From Patescibacteria group bacterium (GTDB lineage Bacteria; Patescibacteriota; Patescibacteriia; UM-FILTER-42-10): 64,000 nucleotides of DNA. The stretch spans positions 1,547-65,546 of the forward strand of contig JAHJEX010000071.1 in the NCBI GenBank assembly GCA_018825385.1. Reading direction: 5' to 3'. The first letter of the stretch is position 1; each line of letters begins with the position of its first letter. The notes under the pieces are model-generated. The model did no database searches. It was not told the origin of the DNA and saw only the letters and a program-made list of their open reading frames with translations. Below are positions 18,039-26,083 of this stretch, in pieces. Position numbers and translations under genes: made by a program.

Positions 18039-18791
18039 TTAAATTTTATCAAAACTCTTATCAAAAATTAAATTCTTTTCCTTTATTGCTATCTTTTTAA
18101 AATTTTTCCAATTTGCCGGATTTTTCTGCCATGCAAATGGATCATCAATTTGTTTGATAATTAGTTCGCTTAGTTCTTTGCTGATGAAATTACTTTCTGC
18201 AGCATATTTCATTAATTCTGGCCAGGTCGTAAGAGCAACAAATTTGTATTTTTTATTTTCTCTCAGCCACTGTTGTGGTTTGCGATATTTTGATCCGTAA
18301 AACGCATCTAAAATAACCACCACTCCCTTCACTTTCAATCCTACGCCCTCTAGTACTTTTACAATTTCCTTTTTATCTCCACCTCTTGATATTGCATCGT
18401 CCACAATTACTACCGTTTGGTTATTTTTGTAAACTCCTTCAATAACGCTATTAGTAGTGTACCCCTTTGGTTCTTTTCTTAGATATAGGAAATCTTTTTT
18501 TAGTTGATTGGCAACAGATACTCCATAAGGTATACCGGCTGCTTCCCTGCTGGCAATTAGATCAGGATTAAGCTTCCTGACTTCCTTCGCCATCTCCTTG
18601 GCAATAACTTGTAAAACTTCATTTTTAGAAAATGCTTTGCGATTATCTGGATATAATGGGAAATAGCCGATTCGAGGACTCTTTAGCCGACAAGCCAAAA
18701 AATACTCCTTAAATAGCAATGAGTTTGCAGCTTTTTTATTCATATTTTTATCATAATAGTTTTGGAATCTCGGCAACGATGTCTGATGCAC
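18039..18791 (-). CDS. Orotate-PRTase-like phosphoribosyltransferase with a W-x-K-N-x3-W tail
   Basis: Motifs LYLRKEPKGYTTNSVIEGVY and VVIVDDAISRGG match the PyrE type. The tail has DPFAWQKNPANWKNF. Confidence 0.65.
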   Translation of the reverse strand: MHQTSLPRFQNYYDKNMNKKAANSLLFKEYFLACRLKSPRIGYFPLYPDNRKAFSKNEVLQVIAKEMAKEVRKLNPDLIASREAAGIPYGVSVANQLKKDFLYLRKEPKGYTTNSVIEGVYKNNQTVVIVDDAISRGGDKKEIVKVLEGVGLKVKGVVVILDAFYGSKYRKPQQWLRENKKYKFVALTTWPELMKYAAESNFISKELSELIIKQIDDPFAWQKNPANWKNFKKIAIKEKNLIFDKSFDKI

Positions 18792-19542
18792 TATAATTGT
18801 ATGATACTTTTTTTAGTAGCTTGTCTGCCGCTGCTCCATTCAAGTACGGCCCTGCACAAGCCGACAAAAACAGATCATTTGTGCAAGCAAGGGCCGCAAT
18901 TAAACCGGCTAAAACATCGCCTGTTCCTCCTTTGGTCATGCCCTGATTTCCGGTTATGTTAAATTTTACTAGCTTGGGAGTGGGAGAAGCAATAATATCT
19001 TTCTTCCCTTTCAATACTATTATACACCCAAATCGCTTTGCCATCTTCCGTACATTCAGCTCAGTAGCTTTGAGACCAAAGAGTATTTCAAATTCCTTGT
19101 GGTGAGGGGTAATTATGTGATTTTTATTCAGTAAACTCATATCCACTATTTTTAAAGCATCCGCATCCAATACAAACTTTTTTTGGGGAAATTTTTTAAG
19201 AAGGGCATTTAGCAATTTTCTTTCCTTAGCAGAAGTGCCTAATCCCGGGCCAGCCAATACAACATCTGATTTAATAATATATTCTGGAATATCAATTCTT
19301 GAAATAGTAATAAATTCGAACAGTTTAGGCTTTAGTTTTTTTATTACTCCATAGTTTTCCGAATCGGAAAAAATATATACAAGGTCAACTATCTTTGACG
19401 CGATAGTTGCGGCCAGCAATAATGCTCCGTGGTATTTCTTCGACCCACCTATAATAAAAAGTGAACCATTATCTCCCTTATGCGAACCGGATTTAGGTTT
19501 ATTCAATTTAGTTATTTCGTTTTTACTGACAATATTTTTCAT
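18751..19542 (-). CDS. nnrD: ADP-dependent (S)-NAD(P)H-hydrate dehydratase (YjeF C-terminal domain)
   Basis: The motifs HKGDNGSLFIIGGSKKYHGALLLAA and GGTGDVLAGLIAALA are read from the translation. Confidence 0.65.
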   Translation of the reverse strand: MKNIVSKNEITKLNKPKSGSHKGDNGSLFIIGGSKKYHGALLLAATIASKIVDLVYIFSDSENYGVIKKLKPKLFEFITISRIDIPEYIIKSDVVLAGPGLGTSAKERKLLNALLKKFPQKKFVLDADALKIVDMSLLNKNHIITPHHKEFEILFGLKATELNVRKMAKRFGCIIVLKGKKDIIASPTPKLVKFNITGNQGMTKGGTGDVLAGLIAALACTNDLFLSACAGPYLNGAAADKLLKKVSYNYSASDIVAEIPKLL

Positions 19543-20174
19543 ATCAACTTTTTCAGGTCTTTGATATTGTTGAAAACATGAATATGGTTTGTAATATTTT
19601 CAGGGAAGATTCCTTTTTCCAACATGGCATTATAAATGCTTTCCCAAAAACTGCTGATATAAACCTCCGGCGGAATTAAGCCTTGCTTTTGACTGGATTT
19701 TACATAACCAATTGCGCCGATCATTTCATCTAATGTACCGGTACCACCTTCATACACCACGACATGCGGTGCGGAAACAATCATCATTTTGCGGGTGAAA
19801 TAGTTGCGTACAATTGCCTTCGGGCCATAGGGTATGATTTTGTGATATTCACATGCTATCCCTAACACCATATCCGGTTCTGCCTCGGCAGCCGCAATCA
19901 TGGAACCGTAGTTTTCACCCCCGTTTATAATTACTCCTCCTTTTTTTACTACATATCTTGTAAACTCCGCAACGTCTTGGTAAACCTTATCCTCTGGAGC
20001 AAATGACGCTCCACCACAAATGCTTATCACCAATCCATTGTGGACAATTTCTGCTTCAGCAGGTTTTTTTGTATTTCTAACTACACATTCTCCTTTAGAA
20101 TTTTTTACTTTGCTCTCTTGAATTACGTTTCCAGGAAGTAGCATATTGTTTTCGGGTAGTAAGGATGACGTCAT
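19539..20174 (-). CDS. LOG-family (TIGR00730, cytokinin riboside 5-monophosphate phosphoribohydrolase-like) protein
   Basis: Motifs ISICGGAS, INGGENYGSMIAAAEA and VVYEGGTGTLDEMIGAIGY match the LOG PGGxGTxxE motif. Confidence 0.65.
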   Translation of the reverse strand: MTSSLLPENNMLLPGNVIQESKVKNSKGECVVRNTKKPAEAEIVHNGLVISICGGASFAPEDKVYQDVAEFTRYVVKKGGVIINGGENYGSMIAAAEAEPDMVLGIACEYHKIIPYGPKAIVRNYFTRKMMIVSAPHVVVYEGGTGTLDEMIGAIGYVKSSQKQGLIPPEVYISSFWESIYNAMLEKGIFPENITNHIHVFNNIKDLKKLI

Positions 20175-20179
20175 CCTTA

Positions 20180-21133
20180 CTACTCCCTTGTATTAATATC
20201 TGTTAATTCATCTGTAATCAAATCTGAAAGTGAAATCACTTTCAATTGACTAAATTTTTTTTCAGGCGGTAAGGCAATGGAATCAGTTACTACAATCTCT
20301 TCGAGACCGGATTTTTTGAGCCTTTGGATTGCCGGTTCGGATAAAACTGCATGGGTAGCTGCAAAATACATTTTATTTGTACCAAGCTTTTTGAGCAATC
20401 TGACGTTTTCCACTAAAGTTCCGGCTGTGTTTATTTCATCATCAATCATCACAACATTCTTTTTTGCGATATTTGCATTTTTCCCTGATACTGTTTTTCC
20501 CGCCTTTGGTGGGACCCCGCCGTAGGCGGTGGTAAGACTGCTCACTTTATCATGCTTGATTCTAATTTTTTTCATAACTAATAATGGAAGTCCCATGTAT
20601 GATGCAAATTTTCTTGAGCGAGCAATACTCCCTTCATCCGGAGCTACTACAATATCTATATCCTTTTTACGGAAATAGTCCGCAAACAATGAAAACGTAG
20701 ATATTTCTTTAACGGGAATTTTGTAAAATCTCTTTATTGCGGGGCTATGAAGATCAATAACAACAAGTTTATCGATTTTATTCGCTTGTAACAATCTCGC
20801 AATCACCTGAGCCGATACGGCATCCCCCTTTTTAGATTCCCTTTCTTGCCTGCGGTAAGGGTAAAACGACAAAACTACTGTTATTTTTTTCGGCTTTAAC
20901 CGCTTTACTGCATCCAGAATTAAAAACAGCTCTAATACATGTTCGTCTGACGGTATAGAGCCTGATTGCAATATTATGACTTCTTTTCCCTTCACATTCT
21001 CCTGCACATTCACATATTTTTCGCCATCACTGAATTTCTTGATTATAATATTTCCCAGTTCAGTATTCATCTGCTTGGCAATTTTTTTTGCCAGAGGGAT
21101 ATTTGAAGATCCGCTAAGTATAATTTTTTTCAT
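20180..21133 (-). CDS. prs: Ribose-phosphate pyrophosphokinase (PRPP synthetase)
   Basis: VVIDLHSPAIKRFYKIPVKEIS matches the DLHA..IQGFF.IPVD region. VVMIDDEINTAGTL is the PRPP-binding loop. The length is 317 aa. Confidence 0.8.
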   Translation of the reverse strand: MKKIILSGSSNIPLAKKIAKQMNTELGNIIIKKFSDGEKYVNVQENVKGKEVIILQSGSIPSDEHVLELFLILDAVKRLKPKKITVVLSFYPYRRQERESKKGDAVSAQVIARLLQANKIDKLVVIDLHSPAIKRFYKIPVKEISTFSLFADYFRKKDIDIVVAPDEGSIARSRKFASYMGLPLLVMKKIRIKHDKVSSLTTAYGGVPPKAGKTVSGKNANIAKKNVVMIDDEINTAGTLVENVRLLKKLGTNKMYFAATHAVLSEPAIQRLKKSGLEEIVVTDSIALPPEKKFSQLKVISLSDLITDELTDINTRE

Positions 21134-21804
21134 TTGCTTGACCCGTTAAAACCTTCTGATCTGGCTATTGCCACAAATTCATCCCATTTTTTTTGATCTT
21201 TTTGCCATATTTTCAGGTTCTTCCAGATATCGTACATATAATTTGCCAGTTTTTTCGAAATATATCCGTTACTAACCATATATTTTACAAGATCATTATG
21301 CCTGACAAAAGAGTGAATAGTTATTTTATTCTTTTCATAAAAAGGAAGATGCCCAACTCCCGCATCATATAGAACCAGAACGTGGTTTACAACCAGACCT
21401 TTTTTTTGGAGCTTTTTTATAAAGCGCTCTTTCGTTTTACCGGTGCCAATTCCGTCATCTACCACCAATACATTTTCTCCTTTTCTGTACAGTCCTTCCA
21501 GCAAAGTTACTATTGAACCGTCTTTTCTTTTCTTTTGTCTAAGATAAATAAATGGTTTGTGGGAAGCAAGAGATACAGCCATAGCTAGCGGGGTTCCTGA
21601 GACCATAGTTCCAGCTACCAAATCAATGTTCTTCCCTTTCATAAACTTCGCAATCTCTTCTGATACAGCCTGCATTTTGTCTGGATGAGAGTAAAGTTTC
21701 TTGCTGGTGATGTAAATAGGAGAAGGTTCGCCAAGTGATCCATAAAACTTTCCAAAAACAAAAAAGCCAAAGTCACTTAATAATTTTGCAATCCGCTTGT
21801 TCAT
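21130..21804 (-). CDS. Orotate-PRTase-like phosphoribosyltransferase with a W-x-K-N-x3-W tail
   Basis: The core reads SIVTLLEGLYRKGENVLVVDDGIGTGKT. The tail has KIWQKDQKKWDEF. Confidence 0.65.
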   Translation of the reverse strand: MNKRIAKLLSDFGFFVFGKFYGSLGEPSPIYITSKKLYSHPDKMQAVSEEIAKFMKGKNIDLVAGTMVSGTPLAMAVSLASHKPFIYLRQKKRKDGSIVTLLEGLYRKGENVLVVDDGIGTGKTKERFIKKLQKKGLVVNHVLVLYDAGVGHLPFYEKNKITIHSFVRHNDLVKYMVSNGYISKKLANYMYDIWKNLKIWQKDQKKWDEFVAIARSEGFNGSSK

Positions 21805-21893
21805 AAATTAATTTGGTCAATAAACGTACTATACTATTGTAGTATATATTATTAAAAGAATAAAGGAGGAAGAATAGTAAATATTTGCGAGAA

Positions 21894-21972
21894 ATCCCGC
21901 ATATGCGGGATGACGAAGCAATCCCGTTTCAACTCAAAACCTGTTCCGAATAAGGAGCGGGATTGCTTCGTC
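21894..21972 (-). promoter_or_regulatory. Structured leader with mutually exclusive hairpins upstream of PRTase gene 21130..21804; candidate attenuator, riboswitch-like element or terminator of 22026..22772
   Basis: A perfect palindrome atcccgcatatgcgggat lies at 21894-21911. It is directly followed by a 15-bp-stem hairpin, gacgaagcaatcccg (21912-21926) paired with cgggattgcttcgtc (21958-21972). The gggat/atccc segments allow alternative pairings. Confidence 0.3.
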
Positions 21973-22025
21973 ACTCCTATTTTAAAATAGTAGCTCCTCG
22001 CAATGGTTACTGCTATTTATCCATT

Positions 22026-22772
22026 TCACAACTCCCTGTTCCTCCTCATTTCATCCACAGCCTCAATGACTTCTTGAGGAATAGGATAGTTTAGTTTCTT
22101 TAATACTTCAAAATAAGTATCCCATTTTGATGCATTTTTGCTCCAGGTTTCAGGATGTTTGGCATAATCAATAAAGTAAGGAAAAATTTCTTCATCAATT
22201 ATTCCTCGTTTATACAAACCTTCAATCAGCTCCTCCCAGGCGAACAAACAATAAATAGGCATGCCGCTGTTTTCTAATTTTTTCCGATCCTCATTTTCCT
22301 GAAAAAATTTAGCCATCGTTTTGAAAATCATTGCCAATGCAACTGTTTCTACTCCATCATGCTTCATATTCTCTATGAACAACTTCTTAGACCCTCCTTT
22401 TGCCATGAGGTCATCTACTAAAATAGCCTTATCACCAGGATTTGCGCCACCAGAAATAAATCTATCATCACCAGTTCCACGCATTTTTTTTCGAATATAA
22501 TTGAAAGGGACCCGTGTCTTATGTGACAGTATTGCGGCTAATGGCATGCCGGCTGTTTCTGCTCCCATTATTATATCAATTCCCTTCCAATCAATTAAAT
22601 TTTTTAATGTATCAGCCAATAAATCCATCAAGTCTGGGTTTGAAAAAGCTCGACGGTTGTCTAGCTGTATAGGAACAGGCCCCACTGTGACTTTGACCGG
22701 ATGTTTTACCACTATATTTGGAGACTTAGCATACAAATCAAATATTTTTTCTTTAGTTTTTTGATCAATCAT
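22026..22772 (-). CDS. Orotate-PRTase-like phosphoribosyltransferase with a W-x-K-N-x3-W tail
   Basis: The core reads PGDKAILVDDLMAKGGSKK. The tail has HPETWSKNASKWDTYF. Confidence 0.6.
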   Translation of the reverse strand: MIDQKTKEKIFDLYAKSPNIVVKHPVKVTVGPVPIQLDNRRAFSNPDLMDLLADTLKNLIDWKGIDIIMGAETAGMPLAAILSHKTRVPFNYIRKKMRGTGDDRFISGGANPGDKAILVDDLMAKGGSKKLFIENMKHDGVETVALAMIFKTMAKFFQENEDRKKLENSGMPIYCLFAWEELIEGLYKRGIIDEEIFPYFIDYAKHPETWSKNASKWDTYFEVLKKLNYPIPQEVIEAVDEMRRNREL

Positions 22773-22913
22773 TTTAGTTGATTCTTAAAAAATGGATAAG
22801 GAAATCGTGAAAAGGCTTCCAGAATCTGTTTTTTGTATTTAATGGTGGTCATATTTTAAGCTTATTTTAGCATAAAATTAGCTAACCCTGCTAGAAGCTA
22901 TTCTCTGTCAGGG

Positions 22914-22942
22914 TTGACAAAATGGGCAATCAGGTATATAAT
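22914..22942 (+). promoter_or_regulatory. Consensus sigma-70-type promoter (TTGACA-17 nt-TATAAT) driving the high-GC cassette gene
   Basis: TTGACA is at 22914-22919 and TATAAT at 22937-22942. A GGAGG Shine-Dalgarno sequence lies at about 23099-23103, 9 nt before the ATG at 23113. Confidence 0.5.
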
Positions 22943-23106
22943 GAGCTGTTAAAATAGAATACTGGAGAGAGTAGTAGGCATTCTGTTGCAAGTGATATAT
23001 CATCGTTTTCAATAGAGTGCCTATTTGAATGGCACGTTGACATATAGACCACTTCCGGCTTTGATTTCTATGAAGCTGGCTTAGGAGTTTTCTCTCAATT
23101 GGAGGT

Positions 23107-23679
23107 TTGCGAATGACGAAGCGTTTGTTTATTCAGGGCGACGGTAATCTCGGTATGGAGCAGGCAGCTACTGCTCAAAGAATCGGCCAGCTCCTAGCTG
23201 CAAAAGGCTGGGAAGCCAACGTGGGGAGTCACGGAGATCTGGTGCCGATCATGATGGAATCCGGCATCCCATGCCACGCACACGTTGCAAAAATGAGGGA
23301 GGATGTTGATTACGGCTGTCTTGCAAGCGTGACCGGCTGTAATCAGCTCGCGAGCGAACTGATTCCCTCATTGCCGACAACCAACGAGGACACCGAGAAG
23401 ATGCTGGCCTGGGGAATTCGCCTTGGCCTGTGGATGTCAACGTCCGACGCCTTCCTGTTCATCGGAGGTGCCGAAGGAACGCTGGCGCATCTCGTGCCCG
23501 TACTGGCATGGAACCGCAAGGCTCTAGCCAAGGAAGGTCGAGCCAAGAAGATCGTCGTGATCGGCTGGACGCGGGAACGAATCCAGGCACTGCAGATGCT
23601 CGGCATCTGCTCACCGTCCGATACTTGGCTCTCGTTTCACTCGAACGAGGAAAGTGTTGTTGAGTTCCTCACTTCGTAA
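23107..23679 (+). CDS. LOG/SLOG-family Rossmann-fold protein encoded in a ~56% GC foreign cassette (probable true start ATG at 23113)
   Basis: SDAFLFIGGAEGTLAHLVPVLAWNR aligns with the LOG PGGFGTLEEL..TW motif. The composition is strikingly GC-rich against the AT-rich flanks, and the region is filled with overlapping spurious ORFs on both strands as expected for high GC. Confidence 0.5.
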   Translation: MRMTKRLFIQGDGNLGMEQAATAQRIGQLLAAKGWEANVGSHGDLVPIMMESGIPCHAHVAKMREDVDYGCLASVTGCNQLASELIPSLPTTNEDTEKMLAWGIRLGLWMSTSDAFLFIGGAEGTLAHLVPVLAWNRKALAKEGRAKKIVVIGWTRERIQALQMLGICSPSDTWLSFHSNEESVVEFLTS

Positions 23680-23717
23680 ATACATGATCTTTCGCGGAAA
23701 TTACTCCGCACCCCCTT

Positions 23718-23772
23718 ACGCATCAAACTGTCTTCGGACGGGGCGATGCGTAAGGGTATTTATTTTGTCAAA
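23718..23772 (+). terminator. Rho-independent terminator of the high-GC cassette
   Basis: A 12-bp stem, cccttacgcatc paired with gatgcgtaaggg, is followed by a T-rich tail gtatttattttg. Confidence 0.5.
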
Positions 23773-24803
23773 ACTCTCCTACACCAATCAGCTGTTGCAT
23801 TTTTTTTACTTGTCACTAGTGCTAGTCCTGTTTCTCTTATTCTACTTTCCCACTGAGGCCACTTTTCATAATATGAGCCAGACTTACCATCAGTTCGTGA
23901 GACCATATACACGCCCATCCACATTACAATCCTTTTTACAATTCCTTTAACATGGTACTCTGAGACGCTATGTGATTTCATTGTATTTATGTATGATTTC
24001 ACAAATCTTCTAACAAAGTTACGGCAATCTTTGGTGATCTTCTCTTTTCCTTCTAATGATTTGATAACCCATTGTGCTAAAAAGACGCCATTATCAAGAG
24101 CAGGATCATGATGCATAGTGAAGTCAAAATCTATTGCAGTAAAATCAGTTTGACTGATAAAAATATTTCTGTGCACTGGATCTCCCCAAACAAGAGCTTT
24201 TTTCGTTTTTTTGGTTTGGTTTACAAATTTGTTAATCACACTTCTGTCTACATATTTTTTTACTCCAAATACCAACCAATTCGTCCATAATTTATAGATT
24301 CTTTTCTGCCAAGCTGAATTATCAAACATTGGTGGTGTATTATATGTCTTGCCGTGCAAATTTCCAAAAAAAACGCCAAATTTGTTTGCGAGTTGGTGAT
24401 ATACTTTATCTTTTTCAAATTCTTCAATCAGCATCTTTCTATTTCCTTGAACATCCAGCATTACCGAAATACAATTTTTGTAATCAACATACAAAACATG
24501 GGGTACAATTTTTTTCCCCAACAAAGATTCCAGAAATTTTATTTTTTCGCTCTCGACAACTGTTCTTATTGGCTCAACTTTGATCTCTTTGTTTCTCTTA
24601 ATATGCCCACGGGACTGTTTTAAGTATAGGATTTTTTTACCCTGACTGGTTTGACAATCTGCCCTATAAATAAAACTAGCGTTAGAGTACTTTGTTACTT
24701 CCTTGACGCTTGTAACTTTTTTTAGTTCAAATGGGAACTCTTTTGCAGAATCTTTCAGGAAACGCAGTATATTCTTTTCGTTTAGAATAAGTCTTTTTTT
24801 CAT
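23760..24803 (-). CDS. Protein-kinase-like-fold phosphotransferase (aminoglycoside/choline/MTR kinase APH family-like)
   Basis: WGDPVHRNIFIS matches the HGD.H.GN catalytic loop. AIDFDFTMHHDPALDNGVFLA matches the IDxE...GDP.YDLA motif. Confidence 0.45.
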   Translation of the reverse strand: MKKRLILNEKNILRFLKDSAKEFPFELKKVTSVKEVTKYSNASFIYRADCQTSQGKKILYLKQSRGHIKRNKEIKVEPIRTVVESEKIKFLESLLGKKIVPHVLYVDYKNCISVMLDVQGNRKMLIEEFEKDKVYHQLANKFGVFFGNLHGKTYNTPPMFDNSAWQKRIYKLWTNWLVFGVKKYVDRSVINKFVNQTKKTKKALVWGDPVHRNIFISQTDFTAIDFDFTMHHDPALDNGVFLAQWVIKSLEGKEKITKDCRNFVRRFVKSYINTMKSHSVSEYHVKGIVKRIVMWMGVYMVSRTDGKSGSYYEKWPQWESRIRETGLALVTSKKNATADWCRRVLTK

Positions 24804-24885
24804 ATTACATTTATTTTAACTTTTAAAGAGCCTGCTGTAAACCCAAAGAAAAAAGGCCTCTCATCCATAAATGGACAGAGGCCAC

Positions 24886-25803
24886 TCATTCAGCAAGTGC
24901 TGCCAAGAAGATTTCATACTCTTCTCTAGTGAGACCGACTGTTCCCATCTCAACCCCCTCTGGCTTGAAGGAGCCGTGGTCGTCAGATCCACCGGTTACA
25001 ATAAAACCGCAGTCTGTAGCGATATTCAGGAGCTCATGGACCGTCGCATCATCATGCAAGGGATAATGGACTTCAATTCCATCCATCCCGAGATCTCTCC
25101 ACTCGTAGAGCTCCGCTTTTGACGGCATCGTCCTGGGACGTTTTTTAGCCGCCAAATGCGCTGCGACCGATTTTCCACCGGCCTGTCGAATCAACTCTAT
25201 AGATCGTGATAAGAGTATGGTCTTTTTGGGCGGGAGGGTGTTTGCATTGACCACCCGGTCATACGCTTTTCGGAAGGCGCGATAGCTCATCTGAAGCGGG
25301 TCAGGCAGACAACCAGCATTAACAAGCGTCATCTTCAAAGCAGCCTGAGTTACAAGGAGCTGAGTCAGATCAATCTCAGCAAGTCTCTCCCGTGGCACTC
25401 CGGCCGCCAAAGCAAAAACATCTTCAGGATCAATGTGGAGATCATGAACCCGGGCAATGTTTTTGCAGGCTTCTCGTATCCGATTAAGTCGAATACAAGA
25501 TATCCCCGCAAGCGCCTCACTTAACTCACGGCTGTCTGCATCGATGTTATAACCCAGTAGATGAATTTCATGTTCTCCAGCTTGGGACGAAATCTCTACT
25601 CCGGAATGGAAGATGAGGCCATGCTTTTTGGCAGTTGCTTCCGACTCCGCCACTCCTGCCATAGTATCGTGACTAAGAATTGTCAGAGCGCCGATCCCCC
25701 TATGCTTAGCCAGTAGGCAAATTTCCTCCGGACTACGAGAGGAATCATTGCCGGGGTAGTTCCGGTGAATATGCAGATCAGCAAAAATCTTTCGTTTCGA
25801 CAT
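24886..25803 (-). CDS. PHP-domain metal-dependent phosphoesterase
   Basis: The N-terminus reads FADLHIHRNYPGNDSSRSPEEICLLAKHRGIGALTILSHD. The C-terminal region reads GGSDDHG. GC is noticeably higher than the local average by eye. Confidence 0.6.
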   Translation of the reverse strand: MSKRKIFADLHIHRNYPGNDSSRSPEEICLLAKHRGIGALTILSHDTMAGVAESEATAKKHGLIFHSGVEISSQAGEHEIHLLGYNIDADSRELSEALAGISCIRLNRIREACKNIARVHDLHIDPEDVFALAAGVPRERLAEIDLTQLLVTQAALKMTLVNAGCLPDPLQMSYRAFRKAYDRVVNANTLPPKKTILLSRSIELIRQAGGKSVAAHLAAKKRPRTMPSKAELYEWRDLGMDGIEVHYPLHDDATVHELLNIATDCGFIVTGGSDDHGSFKPEGVEMGTVGLTREEYEIFLAALAE

Positions 25804-26083
25804 TACGATCCTCCTCTCGCAAACAGGGAAAAGTCAAAGGGCGAATGTCTCTTATGAGACACTGCACAATAGCAATCAATTGCTAGTTTGTCAATATCAT
25901 AACAGACCCTTTAATAAAAAAATCGGGATTATTAGCCCGCCTTTTATAATGATATCTGTAAATCTGAACTGTAACATAGGTGGCGAGTTTACTCGCCTAG
26001 ATATTTTGCCTTAGTCTATTGCATCAGGAAAACAACCTGTTCTCTCTAATAATCAGGAGAGCAAGCTCTCCACCTACTGGTTT

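Noticed and set aside
12928-22772. Interpreting the PRTase, LOG and prs cluster as an anti-phage defence island (PRTase effectors occur in some retron and other defence systems)
   Set aside because: No reverse transcriptase, ncRNA, nuclease, TIR/SIR2, ATPase or other defence-associated partners are present. The cluster is flanked by housekeeping-type nucleotide genes (prs, nnrD), so a metabolic role is the more conservative reading.
23249-23663. Overlapping ORFs on both strands inside the high-GC cassette (23249..23440, 23343..23606, 23430..23663)
   Set aside because: High GC suppresses stop codons in all frames. Only the plus-strand frame, with promoter, SD and terminator and a LOG-like motif, is supported.
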